Of a stretch of 64,000 nucleotides of DNA, positions 42,548 to 53,384 are shown one piece after another. Where the stretch lies: positions 2,848,001 through 2,912,000 of the forward strand of contig OZ253580.1 in NCBI GenBank assembly GCA_965263035.1. Direction: 5' to 3'. This DNA comes from Acidobacteriota bacterium (GTDB taxonomy: Bacteria; Acidobacteriota; UBA6911; RPQK01; JAJDTT01). Positions within the stretch are counted from its first letter, which is position 1, and each line of letters opens with the position of its first letter. A program made the translations under genes and the position numbers. The notes under the pieces were generated by a model, which worked only from the letters and a program-made list of their open reading frames with translations, was not told the origin of the DNA and searched no databases.

Positions 42548-42691
42548 GTTGGAGTCCGGACACTCCGCAGTGATGGTCTTGCGAAGCGCCGATCGAATGC
42601 CGTGAATTTGTTTTGCTTCGGCTGCTAGAATTTACCAGTCGGGTGTGAAAGGGGTGATCGGGTCCAGGATCAGGGGAAGAGGCGGAATCAG

Positions 42692-44044
42692 GTGGCTTCC
42701 AGTTTCCATATCTTCAGTTTCGGCTGCCGTACAAACCAGTCCGACAGCGCCGCCATCCGGCAGGACTTCCTGGGGCGCGGCTACCGGGAGGCATGGGACT
42801 GGCGGGAAGCGGGGATCATCGTCGTCAACTCCTGTACCGTCACGCATCGATCCGATCAGCAGGTGCGGCAACTGGTCCGCCGGTTTCACCGCGAAAATGC
42901 GGCAGCCCGGATCGTGGTGACGGGTTGCTATGCCCAACGGGATCCGGAAAGTCTGTCCCGAATTCCTGGCGTCGCAGCCGTCATCGGCAACACCCACAAG
43001 AGTGATCTGATCGGGATCGTGGATGGGACGACGGAGTCCCCCCTGACGGCGGACGAGCTGGCGGACGTGTACCGGCAGGAGTTCGTCAAGGTCCGAACCA
43101 TGGAGGGTGCGACCGCCGGATCGCCGGGGCTTCGAGTCCGACCCTTCGTCAAGGTCCAGGACGGCTGCGACGCCAAGTGCACGTACTGCATCATTCCGCT
43201 GGTTCGCGGACCCGGACGGAGCCTGCCACCGGAGCAGGTGCTGGCCCAGGTGCGGCAGCTGACCCGAAAGGGGTTCCAGGAGGTGGTTCTGACCGGAATC
43301 CACATCGGGACCTACGGATTGCATATGAAGCCGCGTTATTCTCTGGGTCGCCTCCTGGCGGACGTGGCCGAGACACCGGGGCTGGTCCGGGTGCGGTTGA
43401 GTTCCATCGAACCCATGGAGCTGTCGCGGCGGGTGATCCAGTTGGCGGCCGGGAACGACAAGATCTGCCCGCATTTCCACATCTGCCTGCAGAGCGGGAG
43501 CAACCGGATCCTGCGGAAGATGTTTCGCCCGTACAACACGTCCAGGTTTGGAGAGATCGTGCAGGAGGTCCGGGCCACGTTGCCACAGGCGGCCATCGGA
43601 ACGGATCTGGTGGTTGGATTTCCGGGGGAGACCCCCCGGGACCACCTTGAAACAGTCCGTTTCGTCCAGGCCATGCCCTTCACCTATCTCCACGTGTTCC
43701 CTTACAGCGACCGGCCCGGAACCCGAGCTTCGGCAATGCGGCCCAAAGTCGACCCGCGGGTGCGGCGTCAGCGGTGTTGGGAGCTGAGGCAGATTTCGGC
43801 GGCCAAGAATCGCGCCTTCCGGCGACGGTTCATGGGCAGGAAGCTTTCGGTTCTGACCCTGGGAGAGTCTGCCGGCGGCAGGTGGGAGGGGATCTCCGCA
43901 AACTACATCAAGATTCGTTTTCCGGTCCCCGTGGCGCCCAACAGAATGGTCCAGGTCGAGGCCGTAGGGGAAACGGAGGATGGCCTGACCGGGCACCCCG
44001 GGTCAGCGTGTCATCCGTCGAGGACGACGCACGCCACTGCGTAG
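42692..44044 (+). CDS. mtaB: tRNA t6A methylthiotransferase MtaB
   Basis: FGCRTNQ, NSCTVT, VKVQDGCDAKCTYC, RLSSIEP, HVFPYSDRPGT. Confidence 0.9.
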   Translation: MASSFHIFSFGCRTNQSDSAAIRQDFLGRGYREAWDWREAGIIVVNSCTVTHRSDQQVRQLVRRFHRENAAARIVVTGCYAQRDPESLSRIPGVAAVIGNTHKSDLIGIVDGTTESPLTADELADVYRQEFVKVRTMEGATAGSPGLRVRPFVKVQDGCDAKCTYCIIPLVRGPGRSLPPEQVLAQVRQLTRKGFQEVVLTGIHIGTYGLHMKPRYSLGRLLADVAETPGLVRVRLSSIEPMELSRRVIQLAAGNDKICPHFHICLQSGSNRILRKMFRPYNTSRFGEIVQEVRATLPQAAIGTDLVVGFPGETPRDHLETVRFVQAMPFTYLHVFPYSDRPGTRASAMRPKVDPRVRRQRCWELRQISAAKNRAFRRRFMGRKLSVLTLGESAGGRWEGISANYIKIRFPVPVAPNRMVQVEAVGETEDGLTGHPGSACHPSRTTHATA

Positions 44045-44385
44045 TCGGTGGCGTGGGTGATGGTGAGGAGGCTCCTTTGAGCCTTCGATTCCTCGAAGAT
44101 GGCCGCCGCCTTTCCGTAAAGGGTCAAGCGGGGTTCACCCATCGGGCCGGCCGTGGTTTCGACGTCGCGCCACCGGATCCCGGCCTGCCAACCGGTCCCC
44201 AGGGCCTTCAGGGCCGCCTCTTTGGCTGCGAATCGCCCGGAGAAATGCTGGTATTTGTTCCGGCGCCGGGAGCAGTATCGTATTTCTTCAGGTGTGAAGA
44301 CTCGCTCGGTGATGGATTTGCTGCCGCGTAGAGCCTTGGCGATGCGCGCGACCTCCACGATATCCAGTCCGATTCCGACGACCAT
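44011..44385 (-). CDS. acpS: holo-ACP synthase
   Basis: GIGLDIVEV.RI, RFAAKEAALKALGTG, LTITH. Confidence 0.95.
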   Translation of the reverse strand: MVVGIGLDIVEVARIAKALRGSKSITERVFTPEEIRYCSRRRNKYQHFSGRFAAKEAALKALGTGWQAGIRWRDVETTAGPMGEPRLTLYGKAAAIFEESKAQRSLLTITHATDYAVACVVLDG

Positions 44386-44525
44386 GGGGAACCCTCTGTG
44401 AACCGGGCACAGTTTACCGTGGGGAGGCCGGTCAGTTCCAGCAGTCCGCGCACGATGCAGGGACGGTCGAATGCCGTGACGACTTTCGCTACGGGCTGCA
44501 AGGCCATGGTACCTTGGCTCCGCCC

Positions 44526-45278
44526 ATGATGGTGGAGAAGACGGCCGGTGATATCCCCTACCTGGCCTTCCAGGGCCTGACGGCAATCCCGGGTTTCGTC
44601 CACGCCGTCACGACCCGGGCAACCGACGGGTGCCGACGGGCTCGGCAGGCCGCCCGCCCGCCGGAACCGGGAGCGGAATTTCTGAATGCTCTCGGCATTC
44701 CCGCCCGGAACCTGATCCTGTTGAAACAGGAGCACGGAGACGAGGTGCTTGCAGTCGAGGCCGCGAGGCCGCCTGCCGCCGGAGGAAAACCTTCTGCGGA
44801 TGCCGTTGTCCTCTCATCCCCGGGCTGGTATTCGGCGATTCGGACGGCGGATTGTCTTTCGGTGTTGGCCGTGGAGCCGCGGCGGCGGGTGGTGGGGTTG
44901 GTGCACGCCGGCTGGCGGGGAACCTGCAAGCGGGTGACTGCCAAGGCGTTGGCTCACCTGCTCCGTTTGTCGGGGGCAGCTCCCGAGGACCTGTGGGTCG
45001 GGTTCGGTCCCTGCATCCGGAATTGTTGTTACGAGGTCGGCGAGGAGGTGAGGGTCGCCTACCGGGAGCGCGGCCACGAAACACGGGAGATCTTCCGGGG
45101 GAGGTGCCTGGACCTGATCCGGGCCAACCGGCTCCAACTGGAGCAACTGGGCATCAGCCGCATTGTGGACTCCGGCCTCTGCACCTCCTGCTGCAATGAT
45201 CGGTTCTATTCCTACCGGCGGGAGAAGACGGCGCGGAGGATGTGGACTCTGGCCGGCTTTCGTCCCGGCCCGGCGTAA
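44526..45278 (+). CDS. pgeF: PgeF/YfiH purine nucleoside phosphorylase-like protein
   Basis: QEHG, TADC, HAGWRG, GPCI..CCYEVG, FYSYRR. Confidence 0.88.
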   Translation: MMVEKTAGDIPYLAFQGLTAIPGFVHAVTTRATDGCRRARQAARPPEPGAEFLNALGIPARNLILLKQEHGDEVLAVEAARPPAAGGKPSADAVVLSSPGWYSAIRTADCLSVLAVEPRRRVVGLVHAGWRGTCKRVTAKALAHLLRLSGAAPEDLWVGFGPCIRNCCYEVGEEVRVAYRERGHETREIFRGRCLDLIRANRLQLEQLGISRIVDSGLCTSCCNDRFYSYRREKTARRMWTLAGFRPGPA

Positions 45279-45350
45279 CCGTCCCAGTCCAGGGCGCGGA
45301 GCTGTCAAGGCTCCATCCGCTCGAATGGTCAGGCGGCCCGTGAGCCGGCG

Positions 45351-45833
45351 TCAGAGTTGGATGTTCTCGATCTTCTTCTGTTGCGCCGCCTTGTAGGCCC
45401 TCAGCTTGTCCTGAAGTCCGGCGTCGCTGCGACTCAAGATCTGGACCGCCACCAGGCCCGCGTTGCGGGCGCCGGCTTTGCCGATGGCCATGGTGGCCAC
45501 CGGCACCCCGCCCGGCATCTGAACCGTGGCCAAAAGGGCGTCCAGGCCTTTCAGTGGCGAAGAGTCGATGGGCACACCGATCACGGGGAGAATGGTATGG
45601 GCCGCCAGCACGCCGGCCAGATGGGCGGCCGCACCGGCGCCTGCAATCAAGACCTGAATTCCACGGCCTTCCGCATCCCGTGCAAAGTCCTGGGTCAGAG
45701 TGGGCGAGCGGTGGGCCGAAAGAACTCGGATGTCGTAGGGAACGCCAAAATCCTCCAGGATCTTGCTCGCCTCCCGCATCACTCCGAGATCGGAAACGCT
45801 GCCCATGAGGATGCCGACTTTCGGTGCGCTCAT
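45351..45833 (-). CDS. purE: N5-CAIR mutase
   Basis: [30 protein letters not shown]. Confidence 0.96.
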   Translation of the reverse strand: MSAPKVGILMGSVSDLGVMREASKILEDFGVPYDIRVLSAHRSPTLTQDFARDAEGRGIQVLIAGAGAAAHLAGVLAAHTILPVIGVPIDSSPLKGLDALLATVQMPGGVPVATMAIGKAGARNAGLVAVQILSRSDAGLQDKLRAYKAAQQKKIENIQL

Positions 45834-47128
45834 TCTGAATTCCTTTCTGATGGGGACAATCGCCTGTACGCGATGTCTCGCCGACAGTAGATACCGTCGA
45901 AGTGGATCTCATTCAATCCCGCATAGGCTCGCCGAACCGCCTCCTCGAGAGAGGGGGCCAGTGCCGTGACGCCCAGGACCCTCCCGCCGCTGGTCACGAA
46001 CCGGCCGCCGGCGTGGGAGGTGCCGGCGTGGAACACCACGAGCTTCTCCATCCGTCCTGCCCTCTCCAATCCGGAGATCTCCTGTCCTTTGAGGTAGGAC
46101 CCGGGGTAGCCCTGCGAAGCGGCGACCACGCAGACCGCTGCGCCGGGGGTCCATTCGGCCCGGGCACCCGCCAGGTCGCCGCAGGCCGCCCGGAACAGAA
46201 GCGTGGAGAGGTCGCTCTGGAGCCGCGGCAGGATGACCTGTGCTTCCGGGTCCCCGAAGCGCACGTTGAACTCCAGGACTTTGGGGCCGTCGGCCGTGAG
46301 CATCAGTCCGGCGTAGAGGATTCCGGCGAAGGGATGGCCCTCCTGGTTCATACCCTCTACCGTGGGGAGAATGACTTCGTCCAGGATCCGCAGCCGCAGT
46401 TCGGGGGACAAGAGACCGTCCATGGAGTAGGCGCCCATTCCGCCTGTGTTGGGTCCCCGGCCTCCTTCGAAGATCTGCTTGTGGTCCTGGGAGGGAACCA
46501 TGGGGACCACGTTGCCGGTTCCATCGGCCAGGACCATGAACGACGCTTCCTCGCCTCGTAGAAACTCCTCGATCACCAGCCGGTCGCCGGCGCTTCCGAA
46601 TCGTCTTTCGCGCATGATCCGGTCGACGGACGCGATGGCCTCCTGCAGGTCGGTGCAGATCAGGACTCCCTTGCCGGCCGCCAGACCATCGGCCTTGAGC
46701 ACCACGGGAAAGTCGAAGCGGCCGTTTCGGAGCGCCTGTTCCGCCGCGGCGGCTTGTTCGTATACGTGGTAGGCAGCCGTGGGGATCTGATGGCGGGCCA
46801 TGAAATCCTTGGCGAACGCCTTGCTCCCCTCCAGCCGGGCCGCTTTCGCCGAAGGACCCACGAGCGGTACGCCGGCTTGACGAAAAAGGTCCCCGATGCC
46901 GTCCACCAGGCTGGCTTCCGGTCCGACGACGGCCAGATCCACACCTTGGCTGACGGAGAAGTCCAACAGTTGCCGGGGAGAGAGCTTGGGAAGGAGACGG
47001 GTCTTGGCGGCCTCCGCAATGCCGGCGTTTCCGGGAGAGCAGTAAAGCTTCCGGACCCGGTCGCTCAGGCCCAGTTTCCAGACCAGCGTATGTTCTCTTC
47101 CGCCTGAGCCGACAACTAGTATTTTCAC
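45830..47128 (-). CDS. purD: phosphoribosylamine-glycine ligase
   Basis: GSGGREH, KADGLAAGKGV, QDHK, GPNTGGMGAY, EFNVRFGDPE. Confidence 0.97.
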   Translation of the reverse strand: MKILVVGSGGREHTLVWKLGLSDRVRKLYCSPGNAGIAEAAKTRLLPKLSPRQLLDFSVSQGVDLAVVGPEASLVDGIGDLFRQAGVPLVGPSAKAARLEGSKAFAKDFMARHQIPTAAYHVYEQAAAAEQALRNGRFDFPVVLKADGLAAGKGVLICTDLQEAIASVDRIMRERRFGSAGDRLVIEEFLRGEEASFMVLADGTGNVVPMVPSQDHKQIFEGGRGPNTGGMGAYSMDGLLSPELRLRILDEVILPTVEGMNQEGHPFAGILYAGLMLTADGPKVLEFNVRFGDPEAQVILPRLQSDLSTLLFRAACGDLAGARAEWTPGAAVCVVAASQGYPGSYLKGQEISGLERAGRMEKLVVFHAGTSHAGGRFVTSGGRVLGVTALAPSLEEAVRRAYAGLNEIHFDGIYCRRDIAYRRLSPSERNSE

Positions 47129-47166
47129 TCTTGCTCAGCGACCAGCAGGCAGGAACCGTGCTTGGG

Positions 47167-47448
47167 TCAGCTCTTCTTTTTGGAGTCAGCCTTGGGGGCC
47201 GAACTCTCGGCGGCGGCCTTGGCCGGGTCCTTCTTGTCGGTTTCGGTTTTCTTCTGGGAGTCGGCACCCTTGCGGGCGTAGTCGGTAACGTACCAGCCTG
47301 TCCCCTTGAACTGGATGCTGGGAGCCGAAATCAGCTTTTCCAGCGTTCCGCCGCAAGAACCGCACGTCTCCAAGGGTGGATCCGAGAATCGTTGAAGCGC
47401 TTCGATCGTCTCTCCGCAACTGTCGCAAGCGTACTCGTAAAGCGGCAT
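47167..47448 (-). CDS. FmdB family zinc-ribbon protein
   Basis: MPLYEYACDSCG..CGSCGG..FKGTGWYVTDY with low-complexity tail. Confidence 0.88.
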   Translation of the reverse strand: MPLYEYACDSCGETIEALQRFSDPPLETCGSCGGTLEKLISAPSIQFKGTGWYVTDYARKGADSQKKTETDKKDPAKAAAESSAPKADSKKKS

Positions 47449-47604
47449 AGTGGCACCCGCAAGCAACCCCTCCGAAAACCGTAGAATATAGCAGTCCTTG
47501 CCGGTGTTTTCCACGGCGTGGTGCAGTCGCCTCTGCAACGGTATCCGCGACCACCGGTCATCCCTGATTCCTCTTTCCCCTCCTCTTTGAGATACTGACT
47601 CACG

Positions 47605-48894
47605 ATGTTGGATCGGGCCTTCATCAGGGGCAATTTGGAGCAGGTCGAGACCAGGCTGAAGACCCGCCGCTTTTCCTTGGCCGTCGAGGAGTTTCGGTCT
47701 CTGGACGCTCGCGAGCGGACGGTCCGGATCGAATCGGAGGAGCTGAGGGCCGGCCGCAACCGAACCAGCAACGAGATCGCACAGCGGCGCAAGCGGGGCG
47801 ATGATGCCAGTTCCCAGATCCGGGAGATGAAGCGGGTTTCCGCCAGGATCAAGGAGTTGGATGAGAGCCTGACCGACCTCCGGGGCCGAATGGAAGCCTT
47901 CCTCTCCTGGATCCCGAATCTGCCGGCCGAGGGGGTTCCGGTGGGAAGAGACAGCGGTGCCAATAAAGTCGTCCGCGTGGTGGGCGACCCGCCCGAGTTT
48001 TCCTTTCCCGTCCGGGACCATGTCGAGCTGGGGGCCCGCCTGGGCATCCTGGACCTGGAGCGGGCCAGCAAGATCGCCGGCGCCCGTTTCAGCCTCTATT
48101 CCGGCGCCGGCGCCCTGCTGGAGCGGGCGCTTATCAACATGATGCTGGACCTCCACACCCGTTCCCACGGATACAGGGAGGTGATTCCTCCCTTCATGGC
48201 CAATCGCAGCAGTTTCTTCGGGACCGGAAACCTCCCCAAGTTCGAGGAAGACCTCTTCCGGGTGGCGGACTCCGACTACTTCCTCGTCCCCACCGCCGAG
48301 GTCCCGCTGACCAATATTTTTGCCGGCGAGATCTTGGAGGAGGTGGATCTTCCCATCAACCTCACGGCATACACGCCCTGCTTCCGGAGGGAGGCCGGCT
48401 CTTACGGCAAGGACACCCGGGGGTTGATTCGCCTGCACCAGTTCAACAAGGTCGAGCTGGTCAAGTTCACGCAGCCGGAAGAGTCGTCCCGGCAATTGGA
48501 GCAGCTGACAAGCCACGCCGAAGCCGTTCTCAAGGCGCTGGGAATCCCCTACCGGGTTGTGGTGCTTTCCACCGGCGACATGGGATTCAGCGCGGCCAAG
48601 ACGTACGATCTGGAGGCGTGGGTCCCCAGCCAGAACACTTATCGGGAGATTTCCTCCTGCAGCAACTTCACCGACTTCCAGGCTCGGCGCTGCAGGATTC
48701 GTTGCCGCCCGGCTCAGGGCTCGGGAAACCGGCTGGTCCACACCCTGAACGGGTCCGGACTGGCGGTCGGACGGACCTGGGTAGCCTTGGTGGAGAATTT
48801 CCAGGAGGAGAACGGAAGCGTTCGGATTCCAGAGGCGCTCCACCCCTATATGCATGGACTGGAGCGTCTGGTGCCGGGGGGGCGTTCAGGATGA
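47605..48894 (+). CDS. serS: serine-tRNA ligase
   Basis: [40 protein letters not shown]. Confidence 0.97.
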   Translation: MLDRAFIRGNLEQVETRLKTRRFSLAVEEFRSLDARERTVRIESEELRAGRNRTSNEIAQRRKRGDDASSQIREMKRVSARIKELDESLTDLRGRMEAFLSWIPNLPAEGVPVGRDSGANKVVRVVGDPPEFSFPVRDHVELGARLGILDLERASKIAGARFSLYSGAGALLERALINMMLDLHTRSHGYREVIPPFMANRSSFFGTGNLPKFEEDLFRVADSDYFLVPTAEVPLTNIFAGEILEEVDLPINLTAYTPCFRREAGSYGKDTRGLIRLHQFNKVELVKFTQPEESSRQLEQLTSHAEAVLKALGIPYRVVVLSTGDMGFSAAKTYDLEAWVPSQNTYREISSCSNFTDFQARRCRIRCRPAQGSGNRLVHTLNGSGLAVGRTWVALVENFQEENGSVRIPEALHPYMHGLERLVPGGRSG

Positions 48895-48943
48895 ACGCGG
48901 CGGGCCAAAGGCGCCGGATCGACCCGGGAGCGTTCCTGAAGAG

Positions 48944-49894
48944 ATGATCGGTTTCAATCTGGACAGGTCCGTTCGGCTCACTTTCTACGAGCAGATCAAG
49001 GGACAGCTGCTCTCGGCCATCTACTGCGGCAAGATTCGAGCGGGCGATCGGCTCCCGTCCATGCGGGAGGTGTCCGATGATCTGGGAATCAACTACAAGA
49101 CGACCCGCAAGATCTACTTGAAATTGGCCGGGGAGAACTATCTGGAGATCGTGAAGGGAAGCGGGGCCTTCCTGAAGGAAAGGAGCGGCGAGGCCTCCTA
49201 TGAGCAGATGCGGCGGCAGGCGGTCTTCAACCTGCTGGGGGAAGTGTCCGACAAGGCCAGGAGCCTGGGCCTCTCCCCGGCCAAGTTCAGCGACCTGCTG
49301 GACGCCTACTGGACCGGGACCGATCTGCGGGAGCTGCATCTGGCCGTCGTGGACCACGAAGAGGAGGCGTACGTCTTCTCCCGGGAGCTGGAGCTCCGCA
49401 TGAAGAGAGTGCGGGCCCGGAGCGTTTCGTTGGGCGACGTCGACAGCGAGGCTGCCCGGGCGCTCCTCAGGGACAGCGAGTTCCTTCTGACGACCAGTTA
49501 CCACCTGGAGGAAGTCAAGGAGCTGGCCCGCCGTTTTAGAAAGAAGCTGGTGGAGATCAAGCCCAGCCACGAGATCTATCGTGAGGTTCTGAGTGCGGCC
49601 CGCCATGAGAACGTGGCCATCGTGGTGCGGGATGAGGATACCCTGCATGCTTCCTGGGACGTCTTCATGAACCTCTACCACCCTTCGACGGAGATGAAGT
49701 TCTGGATCGCTCCCATTTCCAGGCAGGACCTCATTGAGAAGATCGTCCGGGATGCGGATCTGATTTTCGTTTCGCCCATGTGCTGGGACGAGATGCGAAA
49801 GCGGACGCCGCCGGCAAAGACGCTGAAGACGTACGACAAGTTCATTTCCCAGGAAACAATCGACCAGCTCCGAGCGCTCCAGCTCTTGGGGTAG
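48944..49894 (+). CDS. GntR family regulator with long C-terminal domain
   Basis: YEQIK..GDRLPSMREV..LGINYKT..Y..L..GSGAF winged helix followed by about 240 aa alpha/beta region. Confidence 0.75.
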   Translation: MIGFNLDRSVRLTFYEQIKGQLLSAIYCGKIRAGDRLPSMREVSDDLGINYKTTRKIYLKLAGENYLEIVKGSGAFLKERSGEASYEQMRRQAVFNLLGEVSDKARSLGLSPAKFSDLLDAYWTGTDLRELHLAVVDHEEEAYVFSRELELRMKRVRARSVSLGDVDSEAARALLRDSEFLLTTSYHLEEVKELARRFRKKLVEIKPSHEIYREVLSAARHENVAIVVRDEDTLHASWDVFMNLYHPSTEMKFWIAPISRQDLIEKIVRDADLIFVSPMCWDEMRKRTPPAKTLKTYDKFISQETIDQLRALQLLG

Positions 49895-49934
49895 CGGTCG
49901 AGAGTAAACGGCCGATCCCACGGCAGGCGCAGGA

Positions 49935-51023
49935 ATGATCGATCGGGAAGGCCGCGTGACGCGGCCAAACGCCGGGCGGACAGCCGTCTCCGAGCCCTAT
50001 GTTCGGAGTCTCCCCAAGGCCGAGTTGCATCTTCATCTCGAGGGCAGCGTCGGGCCTGAGCGGCTCCATGCCCTCGCCTGCAAGTACGGCACGGAATACG
50101 CTTCCCTGAGCGTCGCCGAGCTGACGGAGAAACTTTACCGGTACCGGAGCCTCCATGAATTCCTGGGCGCTTTCAAAGTGGTTTGCCAACACTTGCGCGG
50201 CAAGGAGGACTATGCCGGCATCCTGGAGGACTTGGCCGAGAGTCTCCTCAGGCAGGGAGTCTTCTATGCGGAGATCACCTACGCCCCTTCCATTCCCTGG
50301 ATCTGGGGCCGGGACGGCCGGGAAATCCTGCAGCATCTATTGAAAACAGGATCCCGGTTCGAGGAGAAGGGTCTGATCATTCGCTGGGTGTTGGACTGCG
50401 TTCGCCAGTTCGGTGTGGAAGCGGCCTGGAGGACGGCCCGGCTGTCGGCGGAGCACCGGACCGAAGGCGTCGTGGCGTTGGGGATGGGAGGGGACGAATT
50501 GTCCCTTCCCCTGATCGAGTATCGCGACGTTTTTCTGTGGGCCAAGGCCCATGAGATCTACGTCCATATCCACGCCGGCGAGATCGGCGGGCCGGATCAG
50601 GTCTGGAGCGCCCTCAAGGACCTGGGCGCGAACCGGATCGGCCACGGCGTCCAGGCGGCCCGGGACCCGCGCCTGATCGAGTATCTGCGGGAGCATGCCG
50701 TGGGGTTGGACGTCTGCCTCACCAGCAACCTCAGGACCCGGGCGTGGGCGCCACTGTCGCAGCATCCCTTTCCCCTCTTGTACCGTCGCGGGGTTCCGGT
50801 AACCCTGAACACGGACGATCCCGGCCTGTTCCAGACCAGCTTGACCCAAGAATACCTGAAGGCCTCGCGGATTTTCGGACTGACGGCAAAGGACCTTCAA
50901 CGGGTCGCGTTGCAGGCGGTTCGGTGTTCCTTCCTGCCTCACGAGGCCAAGATGGCCCACATGCAGCGGATCCAGGACCAGATGGAGCCGGGCGGAATTC
51001 CGCAAACTGGACGGGGGCTGTGA
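49935..51023 (+). CDS. add: adenosine/adenine deaminase family protein
   Basis: PKAELHLHLEGS, HAGE, RIGHG, NTDDP. Confidence 0.88.
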   Translation: MIDREGRVTRPNAGRTAVSEPYVRSLPKAELHLHLEGSVGPERLHALACKYGTEYASLSVAELTEKLYRYRSLHEFLGAFKVVCQHLRGKEDYAGILEDLAESLLRQGVFYAEITYAPSIPWIWGRDGREILQHLLKTGSRFEEKGLIIRWVLDCVRQFGVEAAWRTARLSAEHRTEGVVALGMGGDELSLPLIEYRDVFLWAKAHEIYVHIHAGEIGGPDQVWSALKDLGANRIGHGVQAARDPRLIEYLREHAVGLDVCLTSNLRTRAWAPLSQHPFPLLYRRGVPVTLNTDDPGLFQTSLTQEYLKASRIFGLTAKDLQRVALQAVRCSFLPHEAKMAHMQRIQDQMEPGGIPQTGRGL

Positions 51024-51048
51024 GAGAATGGAGGCGACTCACAAGCCC

Positions 51049-51138
51049 GGAGGAGTGGCCGAGTGGTTTAAGGCGGCGGTCTTGAAAACCGCTGTGTCCG
51101 GAAGGGCACCGTGGGTTCGAATCCTACCTCCTCCGCCA
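51049..51138 (+). tRNA. tRNA-Ser (TGA)
   Basis: GGAGGAG/CTCCTCC acceptor stem, CTTGAAA anticodon loop, long variable arm, GTTCGAATC, CCA. Confidence 0.95.
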
Positions 51139-51233
51139 CCACGTATTTGTAAATCTCTATAAATAAAGTATAATTTAGGATTTAGGGAAATTAGATATCA
51201 CTTTAAAGATCAGAAGTGATACTGAGCGGTCGG

Positions 51234-51760
51234 CTATTTCCCTGCCAGAAGCCCCGACGTGGCCAGCACCTCAGTGACGGCCACACCCCCGGTGACTAGC
51301 TTTTGGAACGCTTACGCCCTTCCCGCCAAATTCAGCGGACCGCTGTCGAATTTCAGGCTCACGTCCCCTTCCAGCTTCAGCACCAGTTCATGCTCCAAGA
51401 GCCGAGCCAGCGGTAATATGGTGTTCAGGCGCCACCGCCTTTTCGCCTCCCGTTGAGCCGTCCCGTCTGCATCGAGAAACAAACTCGGAGGAGTTCTGCA
51501 CGCTGCCAGCACCGACCGGCTCACGTCCTCATGGAGCGTACACAGTGCCTCCGGTGAACCCGGCCCGAGCTTGGACAGAATCAATCCTTCTGCAAAGATC
51601 CACCGCGTCCCTCTCCCCAACGGGTAGCCGTCGTCTAGACCAAGGCCAGTCCTCCGCCCAGGGACTTGAAATCCGCCTACATGTCTGCAAGAGGGTCCGG
51701 TTCTTCGTCCTGGTCGGCATCTTCGCCCTGGGGAACCGGGAGCAAGAATCCGGTAAGAGT
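51234..51760 (-). pseudogene. decayed phage portal-like gene (C-terminal half)
   Basis: reading through stops and one frameshift: GFLLPVPQG..DPLADM*ADFKSLGGGLALV*TTATRWGEG / LGP..VLAACRTPPSLF..DGTAQREA..TILPLARLLEHEL..KL..GRA*AFQKLVTGG; family recalled from memory. Confidence 0.55.
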
Positions 51761-52514
51761 TGAAGACTCAGAAGCTAGCGAACTCTCCAAGGCCCCAACG
51801 AACGTACCAGTCTAGTCTGCTACCTCAAGCGGCCCCTGTCCCTTCCATGCATTCGCAGGATCGACGGCCTACTGGCTCAGAGCCACGGAATCCCAGGGAA
51901 CCATCCGGGGAGAGTCCGTGTCCGGTCCGCACAGATCCGCCGCGAAGCGCCAGGACGCGGGAGACGGCCCGCACTTCACGTCTCAACTTCCAACCGGCGT
52001 CAGGATCCGTCGCCCGTGTTCGCAGCTGATCAGAAACAAGACTTCTCCGGTGCGGACCAATTTACGTTCTATCGGATTCAGGACCGATGGAGTCGGCACC
52101 TGCGCTGGTTTCCTGACCCGCTGTGCCCCTCAGCCGGCTATCCAGATGAATGTCGGGGGCGTGCTTGAACCGAGTCAATCGCAGAAGCTGAACTTTGGTG
52201 TGCATCGCATTGCGCGGCGGTTCCAGGTCCATCCTGGCCTCCTCTCTGTTGGGAAGAAAGCTCATCCTAACCTCGCCCTGAATGGAGCGGACAGATCATG
52301 GACTAACGACACTCGGAGCAGTTGGGACTTGTTGCGGGGAGGCCAATGGAATATTCTTGGGATTCCCAAGTCGAGCCCGCCGAGTGATGACACACTCGGC
52401 AGGCTCTGGACCGACCCCGTCCTGCGATGGAGGAGGAGTCAGCCTTACCGGTATTCTACCTGAATCCCACCGCTATCTGAGTCCGTCGCAGGACAATCTC
52501 CTGGAAGACTTGCC

Positions 52515-53384
52515 ATGTCTGATGCACCCAAAGACGACACCAGACGTAATCTGACCATTATTGGAATCATTCTGGCTGTACTAATCCTTATGATTTCGCT
52601 AGTTGTCCTGATCGATCCCGAACTGCGGGCAGCTTTCATGCAGGTTCAGAAGGACCAGCATGAAGACATGATCGAAACGGAGAGTTCACAGGAATCCCTG
52701 AACGCCTTAGATCTTCGACAGAATCCGGTTCCGGAATCTAGCCACTCCGAGTCCGACCCATCTGTCGTCCGGGTCAGCAACGAAGTGCCCGACGACAATG
52801 GGACCGTCGGCGTATGGTGGAGGGACGCCGGTGCCCTTTCCGGAAAACTTCGGATCAAGCAGGTGGGAGCCAAGCTGACGGCAAACTGGACCTTCATGAA
52901 CGGGCAAACCATGACTCGGAAACTCGTAGAGTCCAAGGAAGCCGGACTGAGGCGGTTCGACATCCCGGAGAGCGCACCCCACAACGAGTATTACATCCTC
53001 CAAGAGGATGGGTGGTTGCGCCTGGGTGGTCCCAACGGCGTGTTTCAAGTAATCCCACCCGACTCGTTGAACATCCCTAAAAGCGCCCCTCCAAACCCGC
53101 AGGCATACTCGCCTGCAAGAGGGCACTCCTCTTGTGACGGATTGAAGCACCTTGATCCCTGGAACGGGGAGAGTCCCGAATTGAACCGGGCAGTGCAGCT
53201 CCGCCTGAACGATCCCAATAGCTTGGAGGTGTTGGAAACGAAGATCGGCGAGAACGAGTCCGGGCGTCACCTCATCACGATGGAGTTCACGGCCCGAACC
53301 CCATTTGGGGGAAGAAAAAGAATGCGGGCTGTGGGCTGGCTGGATCACGACACCAAGGATGTGGAATTGACCTTCTTGAGATAG
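52515..53384 (+). CDS. membrane-anchored hypothetical protein
   Basis: N-terminal TM helix; C-terminal LNDPNS..ET..MEF.A..PFGG segment. Confidence 0.7.
   Translation: MSDAPKDDTRRNLTIIGIILAVLILMISLVVLIDPELRAAFMQVQKDQHEDMIETESSQESLNALDLRQNPVPESSHSESDPSVVRVSNEVPDDNGTVGVWWRDAGALSGKLRIKQVGAKLTANWTFMNGQTMTRKLVESKEAGLRRFDIPESAPHNEYYILQEDGWLRLGGPNGVFQVIPPDSLNIPKSAPPNPQAYSPARGHSSCDGLKHLDPWNGESPELNRAVQLRLNDPNSLEVLETKIGENESGRHLITMEFTARTPFGGRKRMRAVGWLDHDTKDVELTFLR

Noticed and set aside
47449-48855. 562-aa minus-strand ORF and similar long antisense ORFs (e.g. 759-1874, 6346-7710, 39226-40659)
   Set aside because: Shadows of high-GC genes on the opposite strand; only the last 93 aa (FmdB) of the 562-aa ORF is a recognisable protein.
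51760-52514. Short ORFs on both strands after the portal remnant
   Set aside because: No motifs or consistent frame; probably decayed sequence.
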